The notes beneath the pieces were generated by a model. That model had not been told where the DNA came from and did no database searches. It saw only the letters and a program-made list of their open reading frames with translations. Below are positions 34,275 to 46,400 of a stretch of 64,000 nucleotides of DNA, one piece after another (positions within the stretch are counted from its first letter, which is position 1; every line of letters starts with the position of its first letter). A program made the translations under genes and the position numbers. The DNA comes from Podarcis bocagei (taxonomy: Eukaryota), in assembly GCA_964188305.1 (NCBI GenBank), contig OZ076885.1; one strand, given 5' to 3'.

Positions 34275-36144
34275 TATCAAAAACAGCAAAATTAATATCT
34301 CAAAAGTTACATCTTGACCCCCCAACAAAAATCCTGAACCCCACCCCAAGAATTTGTAAGTATCCTGAGTAGCAGGTCTTCCAGAACTCAGTTAAGGTGG
34401 TCCCCAAGCAAGGAGGGAAGCCATTAGCCCCCCACCTCCTGGTCCAGGGCCCTTAATCCATTGTTTACCCCAGGCTGCCCAGCTCAGGTTCCTCAGAATA
34501 TTCACAGCAGGTTCCCTCACTTCTTGTAGCGGCAGTGCCATGCAGCCCAGCTGCACCAAATGGGCCTTGACAGGTCAGCATTTTGGCCTCGCAGATCCAG
34601 AATTGGGTGAACCTCTCTGCCTCTGGGATGTGGGAAAGTGAGGCCAGGAGCTATTCTGAAGGAACCCCCTCTTCTGTCAGCTTTTGACACTCTGCCAAGG
34701 TGCTTCCAATCTTCTGGGCATTCCGAGCTGCTCTTGTGTCCTCCATGGAACGCCAGAAGGAGCAGTCCAGGGCCTGCTTCCCCTTTGGCAGCTGCTTTTT
34801 TATTGGGAAGGTCAACAGGGGCCACTTCCTGCATTTCCCTTGGGATGCAAACCATTGCTCCAGCAGACAAAGATGGCGACTGGGGATGAGAGACAAATGG
34901 CACTCACCATAAATGCCTCAGACACTTATGAATGCAATCAGATGCTTGGTCAAGCAGCCAGCCAGTCAGCCAGCCACTCTCTGTCTCTCTTAGGACAAGA
35001 AAAAGAGAAGGAAAACAACAAACACGCCTGAAGAAAGTCAGAATAGAAGGACATAGAAGCAGAAAGCAAAGACATGTGCAGCTTGCAGTAAAGGCAGAAC
35101 AGATTAAGGAATGCTTAGATCTCCTCCTCCTTCCCAATGTGTTTGTCACGCTAGTGAGGCCTAAACCTGGCAAGGCTCACTCCAACTCAGGAGATAGATG
35201 AGTAGATAAGATACCCTGGGCTACCACAAAGTATCAAATCAGTGTTCTTAACATGGAACAACATTGACTATAACCCAATAAAAACCAGTCACCTCTCCCA
35301 TTGATATAGACTTCACTGTGCTTAACTTTGGCTAGGTTGTACCTCTTGGGTCTAGAATTGCCAAAGTGAAATAATTATTCCTCTGTTATATTAGTCAAAT
35401 TGTTCCTTTATGCTTAGCTTCCTACACATCTGACCATTTAAAGAAAAGAGTGCTGCTTGATAATTTGCAACAATAAGTTGGAAAGGGGTGGGGATGGTAA
35501 AGGTGGAAATTCAAATTTCTTCTAATATTGTCTGACTTGTATTTCCTTGAAGCTGTTAATGTGATATTGTTACTGTTTTTCTTATGTGTTTTATGTTGCT
35601 GCTGTTTACTTCATCTATGCACCACTAATGTGAGACTGTAACTCATCTGTGATAAATTTTTGTGTGTACTTTACATGTTGCAGTTACAGATAAACAGCGA
35701 TTGCCCGCCATTCTTCTTTCTGGTCTGTATGCAGTTTTTGCTCCTTTCATTACTTGTTGCAGGCAAGTATTTTATCTTTTTAATTCCCCCTTAATATCTA
35801 TGTATGTGTTCAAGTCCTGGAAGAAAGAGCTATAGCTTAAAGTGCAATTCTTCAAGAACTGCTGGTATGCGGAGCAGTGGATGGGTTGGTGGGACTGCAG
35901 TGCTCACCTTCTGTTGCAGTGCCGCTGCATACTGGTACAAAGAGATTTGAGGGGACAGTGAGATAAGAGAGACCTCTGCCTTGTTCCTCTGTCCTGGTAT
36001 GCAGCAGTGACACAACCAGAAGCAGGTGAGGGATGTGGACTCCCCCATGCCATCTGTTACTGTGTATGCGTTATTGCCATTGAGTTATTTTAGCTAGTAG
36101 ATTACTCGAGAAGCAGTGCCACTTGCCACACCAGGAGGTGGTTA

Positions 36145-36368
36145 CAGTGGTACCTCGGGTTACAAACACTTCCGGTTACAAACTCCGCTAACCCGGAAGT
36201 AGTACCTCGGGTTGAGAACTTTGCCCCAGGATGAGAACGGAAAGTGTGCCAGTGGAGCGGCGTCAGCAGGAGGCCCCATTAGCAAAAGCATACCTCAGGT
36301 TAAGAACGGTTTCGGGATAAGGATGGACCTCCAGAACAAATTAAGTTTGTAACCTTGAGGTACCACTG
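36145..36368. mobile_element. Tc1/mariner (Tigger-like) MITE
   Basis: TA-CAGTGGTACCTC...GAGGTACCACTG-TA. Confidence 0.9.
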
Positions 36369-36702
36369 TATTTGTAACCTCAAGAGCACACCAGTGTGTT
36401 GGCTATTACTGGTCCCTGGATGTCGAAGGACCTGTAGAAGGATGGGTAGCGTTCTGTTTGAATGTACATCTTGGGCAAGTTCTGCCAGTGGTGTGGGGAA
36501 TTTTGGGTTCCCTTGTTCCTTTGCCTTCTCCACAGGAGGAATCCTGGAGCTTGGTGTACTTAACTCCCCACCACCACTGCTTACAATGGGAGGGCAAGGA
36601 AAGACAAACTGCAAACAAAAAGGTACGAAAGAGCTGTCATCCCTCTCTATCCCCATGTGCTAGAAATAAAGTGGTATGAGGCATGACATTATGGAGAGAT
36701 CC

Positions 36703-36708
36703 TTTATT
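36703..36708 (-). terminator. Likely CSTF3 distal poly(A) signal (AATAAA on the minus strand)
   Basis: About 500 nt after the CSTF3 stop, with minus-strand GT/T-rich sequence downstream (36600-36620). Confidence 0.6.
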
Positions 36709-37204
36709 GGAAAGGAATGTTCTTCCATTTTAAACTACAAAAAACAGTTTCCATTCATTCTGCCATAAATAAAAACAAAGAATAAGGCAGGACAGACACT
36801 AAATGAGCAAACTGAGAACATCTTTGTTTTCCAGAGGTGTGAATTTAAAATATTTCACAATTTTTATGCTATCCAGTTTTTAAAATAAAACTGTCAGGAC
36901 CCCTGCAAGATTTCAAGTGGTAAGATGGGGATACACATGTGAAGAGCAACCAAATGCAATTCAGACATTCTGCACAAATTGTGTTCAAAACCTGGAGCTC
37001 AAATTTGCTTGTTGTAAAATTCACCTGCCCTTTTCTTTTCTGATGAAGAATCAGCTGGTAAAAAAGAGGCACCACAGTAATAAAACAACCTCAGTTGCAA
37101 GATGCTTGTTAGAAACTTCAATCCCTTTTAAACATTTGATTTTGTAGAAGGAAAACAATTGTTACAAAGTCCTTTAGTCTTCATCATTGTGACTGCAACA
37201 TGTC

Positions 37205-37407
37205 TCATCGGATTCGCTTTTGCTGTCGTGCTCTGTAAATGTCGTGAATTGGAGGAACCACTGATCCTTTTTCTTCATCGTCATCTGAATCTTCATTTGG
37301 TCTTTTTACAGATTTATTAAGAAGGGCATTATTTTCCAAAGGTCCATTCCCTTCCATTGTTAAGTCTGGCAGTCCCCCAGTAATGATTCGCACAGCTTCA
37401 TCCACAG
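37205..37407 (-). CDS. CSTF3: CSTF3 exon 21 (TVDEAVRII...QQKRIR*)
   Basis: aaag acceptor; TGA stop. Confidence 0.96.
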
Positions 37408-40400
37408 CTTTAGATCAGGGAAGAAAAATAGTTGTTGTTAGAAAGAATTATGTGGGCTGAAGAATTATGACAGTGCCGACCATTATATGCTTCATTAATT
37501 TTATTATTTGTGCATTAAATTGTCCATACTAGCCCTCCATTTAATAACTCACAGGGCAATTAAAAAATGTTTAGCAGGAAACAGATGAGAATGGCTTTTG
37601 GAAAATATTTCCTTTTGAAATTCTTGTTTCAAATAAGATCACAGAAGAACAAGCCACTGGTGTGCTTTCAAAAAGTACCGTATTTTTCGCCCTATAAGAC
37701 GCACTTTTCCCCCTCCAAAAATGAAGGGGAAATGTGGGTGCGTCTTATGGGGCGAATGCAGACTCCTTGGCTTCAGCGATAGCAACACGAAGCCTCCGAA
37801 GCCTGCGCTCCGGAGGCTTCGCGTTGCTTCCGCTGAAGCCAGGAGAGTCTGCTGTTTGAGGCTGGCGGTGGAGGAAAGCAGCGCTTCCCCCATCGCCAGC
37901 CCCAGAGGATGGGGGGCAGCAGGAAGGCGCGCGACGCCTTGCCGCTGCTCTCCAACCCGGGTTTGAGGCTGGCGGTGGGGAAAGCAGCGCTTCCCCCATC
38001 GCCAGCCCCAGAGGATGGGGGGCAGCAGGAAGGCGCGCGACGCCTTGCTGCTACTCTCCAACCCGGGTTTGAGGCTGGCGGTGGGGAAAGCAGCGCTTCC
38101 CCCATCGCCAGCCCCAGAGGATGGGGAGCAGCAGGAAGGCGCGCGACGCCTTGCCGCTGCTCTCCAACCCGGGTTTGAGGCTGGCGGTGGGGAAAGCAGC
38201 GCTTCCCCCATCGCCAGCCCCAGAGGATGGGGGGCAGCAGGAAGGCGCGCGACGCCTTGCCGCTGCTCTCCAACCCGGGTTTGAGGCTGGCGGTGGGGAA
38301 AGCAGCGCTTCCCCCATCGCCAGCCCCAGAGGATGGGGGGCAGCAGGAAGGCGCGCGACGCCTTGCCGCTGCTCTCCAACCCGGGTTTGAGGCTGGCGGT
38401 GGGGAAAGCAGCGCTTCCCCCATCGCCAGCCCCAGAGGATGGGGAGCAGCAGGAAGGCGCGCGACGCCTTGCCGCTGCTCTCCAACCCAGGTTTGAGGCT
38501 GGCGGTGGGGAAAGCAGCGCTTCCCCCATCGCCAGCCCCAGAGGATGGGGGGCAGCGGGAAGGCGCGCGACGCCTTGCCGCTACTCTCCAACCCTCCTTC
38601 GGGCTTTTGCGGGAGATGGGGAAATTCCCCCACCTCCCGCAAAAGCAGGCAAAAGCCACGCGCTCTTTAAAGGGGCTCCGCGGCTTCTGCTGGCTTTTCT
38701 ACGAGGGGGGGAATTCCCCCACCTCCTAGAAAAGCCTGCAGGAGCCGTGCACCCTTTAAAGAGCGCGCCGCTCTTGGGGGCTTTTCCCCGAGGAGGGAGA
38801 AGGGACTGACTGGCCGAGTCAGTCCCTTCTCCCTCCTGCAGGCTTTTGCGGGAGATGGGGGAATTCCCCCACCTCCCGCAAAAGCCGTGCGCTCTTTAAA
38901 GGGGTTCCCCGGCTTTTCTAGGAGGTGGGGGGATTCCCCCACCTCCTAGAAAAGCCTGCAGGAGCCGTGCACCCTTTAGAGAGCAAGCGGCTCTTGGGGG
39001 CTTTTCCCCAAGGAGGGAGAAGGGACTGACTGGCCGAGTCAGTCCCTTCTCCCTCCTGCAGGCTTTTGCGGGAGATGGGGGAATTCCCCCACCTCCCGCA
39101 AAAGCCGTGCGCTCTTTAAAGGGGTTCCCCGGCTTTTCTAGGAGGTGGGGGGATTCCCCCACCTCCTAGAAAAGCCTGCAGGAGCCGTGCACCCTTTAGA
39201 GAGCAAGCGGCTCTTGGGGGCTTTTCCCCAAGGAGGGAGAAGGGACTGACTAGCCGAATCAGTCCCTTCTCCCTCCTGCAGGCTTTTGCGGGAGATGGGG
39301 GAATTCCCCCACCTCCCGCAAAAGCCGTGCGCTCTTTAAAGGGGTTCCCCGGCTTTTCTAGGAGGTGGGGGGATTCCCCCACCTCCTAGAAAAGCCTGCA
39401 GGAGCCGTGCACCCTTTAGAGAGCAAGCGGCTCTTGGGGGCTTTTCCCCAAGGAGGGAGAAGGGACTGACTAGCCGAATCAGTCCCTTCTCCCTCCTGCA
39501 GGCTTTTGCGGGAGATGGGGGAATTCCCCCACCTCCCGCAAAAGCCGTGCGCTCTTTAAAGGGGTTCCCCGGCTTTTCTAGGAGGTGGGGGGATTCCCCC
39601 ACCTCCTAGAAAAGCCTGCAGGAGCCGTGCACCCTTTAGAGAGCAAGCGGCTCTTGGGGGCTTTTCCCCAAGGAGGGAGAAGGGACTGACTAGCCGAATC
39701 AGTCCCTTCTCCCTCCTGCAGGCTTTTGCGGGAGATGGGGGAATTCCCCCACCTCCCGCAAAAGCCGTGCGCTCTTTAAAGGGGTTCCCCGGCTTTTCTA
39801 GGAGGTGGGGGGATTCCCCCACCTCCTAGAAAAGCCTGCAGGAGCCGTGCACCCTTTAGAGAGCAAGCGGCTCTTGGGGGCTTTTCCCCAAGGAGGGAGA
39901 AGGGACTGACTAGCCGAATCAGTCCCTTCTCCCTCCTGCAGGCTTTTGCGGGAGATGGGGGAATTCCCCCACCTCCCGCAAAAGCCGTGCGCTCTTTAAA
40001 GGGGTTCCCCGGCTTTTCTAGGAGGTGGGGGGATTCCCCCACCTCCTAGAAAAGCCTGCAGGAGCCGTGCACCCTTTAGAGAGCAAGCGGCTCTTGGGGG
40101 CTTTTCCCCAAGGAGGGAGAAGGGACTGACTGGCCGAATCAGTCCCTTCTCCCTCCTAGTCGAAAAGCCCGCAGGAGTCAAGTGGGGCTCCTGTGGGCTT
40201 TTGCGGGAGGTGGGGGAATTCCGCCACCTCCCGCAAAAGCAGGGAGAAGGTCTTGGAGTAGCGCACAGGCTGCGTGCAGCCTGTCCGCTGCTCCCAGAGC
40301 TGCGGGGGGGAAAATCAGATTTTTTTCCTTGATTTCCCCCCCTGAAAACTAGGTGCGTCCTATGGGCCGGTGCGTCTTATAGGGCGAAAAATACGGTATA

Positions 40401-43400
40401 CTCAAATTATGCAAGTGTCATGTTTTTCAAGTACAGCTCTTTACAAAGGCCAAGTACCGATGTAATCTTTTAATATAAGAACTAGAGCAACATCCTCTAG
40501 CAAACCAATTAGGTTATGAAATGATATTCCACTGGGGGATTGAATATTGAGGGTTTACATTAGATTTTGCATTGATGAAGAGCTATAATTGAAACACACA
40601 CATTTGAATATACCTTTGATAATAGTTGTGGTATATAATTATCTGCTATAGCCCTTGCTTGCTGATTTATTCAAAGTATGCCCATCTCTTTGACATTACA
40701 CACTAAAGCTCAAAGGCACATCTAAAGGCAGTGCTTTCTTTCTAAAAAAAAAAAATGTTTAGGGGTACTCTCATTTTCCTACTCATATTGAAATACTGCT
40801 CCTCAATGAGGCCAAACTTAGATTCACAAAATGTTTAGGGGTATGTGTCCCCCCAGAAAAAAGCACTGTCTATAGGGATAACTGGCTTGCATCAAGAAGT
40901 TACGTGTGTGTCCATTTTGTGTTGACAAATGTGGGCCTCAACTTCAAATTGTAGTATTTACCCTGCAACAGGTGCCAACCATGCAGAAACACAGTTGCTA
41001 CTGAAAATGCGAAGTGGTTATTGTTGAAAATAAATAAAAAACAGCACAGTTAACAAAACTGAGTGTTGAATTAATTCCACAAATATCTTCAGTTCTGTTG
41101 ATTTCAACAGGAGAATATTCCTGTGTCATTATGGGTGCAAAATCCTACTTTTATCTTTTATGGGGTGGTTGTTAGAACCATATAGCCAGCAAGTCACACA
41201 TGTATTAAAAAAAGCATGGCTTTCTAATTTCAGCTTCCGTCTTACAGCCACTTCCTTTTGCTTTTAATCCTGTGGACTTCAAGACAGAGTTCTCTATTAA
41301 CAGAAGTTACAGAAGCCGCTAAATATTTACTCACTGTCCTGAAAATAAGAAAAAATACTATACTAATAGTGTGATTGTCAATACCTCAAATAGCCACCCC
41401 CAAGACTTCAGAGTTTAAGTGAAGTAGTACAGTCTAGTGATGCAACCATGCATTTAAAAGGACAAAAGCAACTTACTGTCTGGGAGTTTGCATCTCCTGA
41501 TAATCTCCATGAGTTCATCCACTTGCACAAAGGGGCCCTGCAGGAGAAAAAAAGATGGACCATTTCACAGGAAATGCTATGGTAAAAAACAGTGCAGCTA
41601 AAGAAAATGAAATGTTTAATGCATTGAAGCAAAACACAACCAGATTGCAAAGTCATTAAACCATTTCAGGATCTCATGACCAACCTGAAAACACACGGGA
41701 GGTGGGAGAAGCTTCATTAGAACTACAGCAGCAGGCGGGACTGGAAAGACACCACCAGGGACTGGATGCAAACCTGGAGCTAGTAAATAATAAAACAAAA
41801 CACATTTAAGTCTTCTTGGCTCTTACAGCTAAGGAGAGTCAACTGCATGCTGATGGGAGTTCCTTTGGTTGATGTAACTGACCTTACAAGCACTATGCAA
41901 GAACAAACAAAAACCTCAAACTTTTGTTTATTGTACTTTGATTCCAATTTAGCAGAGAATTGGAAGGGTATAAAACATTCTAGTTGTGTGCCCAAATGAG
42001 AATGAACTGAATGAATTGAAGCTTTTTAAAGAAACAGCCAATCAGAATATGGTAGACTTCTATTTCACATTTACATGACTCGATATTAGCTTACGTGCTA
42101 AATGTCTTGGCTGAAATGGAATCATCTGCTGGGTATCTGGTTTTGGATACTCTGGTTTTCTGTCCGCTTCATCTTTTAGCACAGGCACTATTGAAGGAGC
42201 CACAACAGGATCTGGAATTATGGTTGACAGCTTTGCCCGAGACACATCCTGGAAGTTCACAGCATGAGAAGAAGCATCAATAGCATGAGAGCAGCTCTGC
42301 TGGATCAATCCAAAGGCTGATCTATAGTCCAGCATATTGTTTATCATTTGACCAACTGAGTGCCTATGAGAAGCTCACAAGCAGGAGGGGATCCCATAAT
42401 GCTCAACATAGACTGGTCCAGAGTAGCATCTCTGTTTGCATAAAGCAACTATGGACACCAGACCAAACCCTGCCCAATTTTATGGAAGAGAAGTTTTCCG
42501 TCGGCTCATAATTTTAAAATTTATCAACCGCCTTTGTAATAAAAGTTTGCCTAGAATTATTTACAATAAACAATGCAAAATATTAAAAATACAGGCAATG
42601 CATTATTAAATTCCAATTTACAGAATCAAAAACTTGAAACATAACAGATACAGCAAGAAACTAGCTCCATATTGATTTAGGTTCTTGGCTAGGAAACAGT
42701 TAAGATCAATGCACCAGCACTTCTTATGTAAAGAGGCAGGCAGGCAACTGATAATCAGCTAAGAGTATTTTAAGCTGGGGTCACATGGGAAGGATGTGGT
42801 CAGTGATACTTTTTAAAGCAGGCAGCAGTCTAGAACCTGAATGGAGTAAAACTTGGAATAGATTTAATGCTGGCTTTTTAACATCTTCTGTTGAGCTGGA
42901 CTTCACCTTACAGGTACCACATGGAGGTGGTTTATATTGTTCCACACAAGCACTGCTATGAAGTGTTAAACCATATACTCGCAACAGCTCACTATGCAGC
43001 TGGTGCGATTTTCCAAAATGGCAACCTTTCTCTTCTCGACATGAGAAAGAAAATCGCACCTGCCATGTGGAGAGTGGAACAGACTGCTTCAGGAGGTAGT
43101 AGGACTTTCTTGGCTGGAGATTATTTAAGCAGAGGCTGAATGGCCATCTGTCAGGGATGCGGTAGTTGCATCCTACATTGTATACCCATCATCGAGCAGG
43201 GGGTTGGACAGCATAATCTTCCAACTCTGTGATTCTGTGATGGGAGCTACTGCCCACAAATAGCTTATCATAGGGTAATAGCCACCAATTTGGAATAATA
43301 TGAACTGTTTTCTACATGGTGACGAAAACAGTAAAAAAGAAACGGAAATGAATAGTAATTCCAAACAAAGAGAAGGTGTTTTTGCTTGTGCTTGAATGGA

Positions 43401-46400
43401 CATCTAAAGGCTTAGGAGAGTTAAGGGGTTTTAACATTTTTAAAGCAGCACTGAAGGCATGCAAGTAGCAATGCTATGGAACTGCATTCCCTCTCCAACT
43501 AAACATCCTGGAATGTCATCATCTCCATACCTTGTAACCAAGAGCTTTGAGTTCACTGGCAGAGCAGGGGTACAGATCCATGAACTTGTATCTGTCTACT
43601 AGTAGAGCTGTTTCTTTGCCCTCATATTCTTCCTTGAAGGCTGTAAACCTCCGTTTCTCCACTTTAAGTATGCTAGCCAGGTCACCAATATTACTCTCAA
43701 AAGCTAAAAATCGGGCCCATATCTCTCTGTGAAAGAAAAGACAGAAAGAGAACAAATGTTCAAAAGAAAACATGCTCAGCAGACATGGCCGACAATAAGT
43801 GCAATCACTTGCAACAGTTACCAGCAACCAGCAGGCCCAATCCACTGCAAGCCAGCTGCTTGCCCACTGACTAAGGAACCCCCTCATCTGCTCTTTCCAG
43901 TGGCAAGAAAACCATTCTAGCTGATGGAGAAGGGAATTGTGGGCAGCTGCCAGTCAACTATCATGTCTTTATTCTACAACCAGAAGCCACAGCAGATACA
44001 CCTGCTTTGTACCCAGAGGGCATCCTAGAAGGCAGCAATGGCCAGTCTGTGTACATCCAGGGCAGCAAACCAGCGACTCATAAGCTGCATGCTGATAGTA
44101 GGTAGGGTCTGGACTCCCTCTCTCCTGCTCCCCAATCTTATCCCCACTCATGGACACAGAAACATGCACAGATCTNNNNNNNNNNNNNNNNNNNNNNNNN
44201 NNNNNNNNNNNNNNNNNNNNNNNNNNNNNNNNNNNNNNNNNNNNNNNNNNNNNNNNNNNNNNNNNNNNNNNNNNNNNNNNNNNNNNNNNNNNNNNNNNNN
44301 NNNNNNNNNNTTCACTCCTAGGTAGTTTACAGTGCCAAACAGCTGGGAATTGGCAAAGGGGCCTGCAGACCATCTGTATGCATTGTACATGCAGCCCTGG
44401 CAAGGAGTGCCAGGCAAAGGAACTGGTTCCCTGTTGCTGGTGCCGCTCACTAGGTGCTTCAGGTTGAAAGCAAGAGGCAACCAGTTGGTGTGCATGCCCC
44501 CTCTGCACCAAGGGCACAGGAGAGAGAGTCCTTAGAGGCATAATGTAGAAAGAAAAAAGCTGCATGCAAAAACCGCATGACACTGCACTGTAACTGGAAG
44601 CCGTGGTTGCTGGGAGAAACTACTACCTGATACTGACAAACAAAAATGGTAATAGCGGATAAATGTCTAGCTACCACTTACATAATTCCCAAATTCTACT
44701 TTTCCTGGAATAGGCTTCAGGCAGCACAGAGTTGGCTATGAGGCTGTGGAGGGCATTTGCCAAAGAGAGACGATCTCCGTGGGTAAACATGGAACGAAAG
44801 CAGGAGGGAGGTATAGATCTGAGCCCCTGTGTGTATGCATGCAAGCAAAAATGCCCCAAGTGCTCTGAGTCTATATTCTATATTGGCCAAATCTACTTTC
44901 CAACACTCCATATAGCGGTTATCTTCACAATGGAGATGAGAGCACGTTCTGGCATCCAAGGAATGAACTCCATAGAAAATTCTTACAATCTCTGGCTTCT
45001 CTCTCTCAGCAGCTGGCTCCTTATTTAGGACGAAAATGGCAGTACAGGCTGCAACAACCATCCCCTCATTAATCTGTGATAATATCTATGTTGTACAAGG
45101 GTTGTCACGTACAGCAAAGCAGACGACTTGGAATGGCGCTTTGGCGAAGCTTACCCAGATTTCTCAGGTGGGAGGCTCCCTGAGGTTAATACTCGTTCAA
45201 ACAGGACTCTTGTATTATTATCCTCTATTTTAAAAAAAGTATTAAAAAAGAAAGATGAAAACAAGCTTTAAATATATATATTTAAAAAAACTGGAAATTA
45301 GGGGGGGGGAGAGACAATATCTTGACATAATTTCAATTCCTGTGAAAGATGAAAAACCCAGTTTGCGACCCCAATTTCATTATTGCCAAAGCAATCTCAG
45401 GGAGAAGAGACACATGGAGAAAAGGCTTTAGAAAAAGCTACGGAAGTCTCACTTCTACTCTGCAGAAGACACACCCGCAAATTACAACTGCAGCTGAGAG
45501 GTAGGTATAAAAACACACACTAAAATGAATTAAAACAACCAGAACCATAAAATAAGAATTAAATACTCTGTTTAAAAATTGATGGCAGCAGCAGCAGCAG
45601 CACACTTAAGTACTAAACAAGAAGCAGCTGCTTAGGACAATACTGGCCATTGGTTTTTTGTCCCCTTTGTGTTCTTGCAGGCTGCTGATGTTTCAATCTG
45701 AAGTTCTCACTCAAATTAACAGTCTATGGACTGGATCTGAGTTTCCTGCCTGCAAACAGCAAGACTCCATCCATACACAAAATGTTCCTCGAAAGGTGGT
45801 GGTGATGATTTTCACCAGTTGCCCCTTTCCCTTTCACCAATTGCCCCATACCTCCTGTGTTCCTCTGGAGGTTGCTACAAACCTCCAGAACAGATTTTCA
45901 GAGGGCTGCAGAGGGAAGAAGGAAAGCCCTGGCCACCTTCCCAAAAAGCAAGTGGAACTCCTCACAGCACAAGGCCGAAGCTAACCCAGTTGGAGAACAG
46001 TCGTGAGATTTGACTGTTCTCAGGTGTTTGCTTTTAATTTCACCCCCCCCCCCAACCCTCCAGAGGAGAATTTTGATATTGTGGAGGACTTCAGGAAAGA
46101 GGAGAGCAAGGGGAGTAGAAATCCACTCATGCAATGTTGGGTGTCTCCCACTATCATCCTGATTTTACTGATGGAGAGAAGAGCTGGGGAAATAGCAGCC
46201 TGCCTACAATTACTACTGAGTGGGGAGAAATTTGAATTGAAGGTTCTCGGCTCACATTCTTAGCCACAATTCTATAGAAATTATCTACATATAAGCTATA
46301 CATTACGATGCATCAACATCCATCTACACACTCTTGAAGTCAGTTTTCCCCAACACATTATTGGCTAAAGACCTGACAAAGCAAGCAGTATGCAAAACAA

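Larger units (their letters stand above)
37678..40396. mobile_element. 2.7-kb non-autonomous Tc1/mariner-superfamily (Tc2/pogo-like) element carrying two tandem arrays
   Basis: Perfect 27-bp TIR CCGTATTTTTCGCCCTATAAGACGCAC / GTGCGTCTTATAGGGCGAAAAATACGG. TA TSD at 37676-37677 and 40397-40398. No transposase ORF. Confidence 0.9.

Noticed and set aside
34517-35031. Cluster of 70-128 aa ORFs between TCP11L1 and CSTF3
   Set aside because: They overlap on both strands, with no recognisable protein and no consistent exon structure.
37854-40157. CRISPR-like appearance of palindromic repeats
   Set aside because: There are no unique spacers (whole units repeat), no cas genes, and the context is a vertebrate intron.
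37639-40181. Long ORFs (up to 296 aa) and repeated 88-89 aa ORFs
   Set aside because: They are by-products of GC-rich tandem repeats, appear on both strands in rotating frames, and show no transposase or other domain.
43969-44583. ORFs spanning the N gap
   Set aside because: Their length is inflated by unknown bases.
44717-45061. 114-aa sense ORF in CSTF3 intron 16
   Set aside because: No recognisable homology or clear splice sites. Read-through from exon 16 stops at once (GGG TAA).
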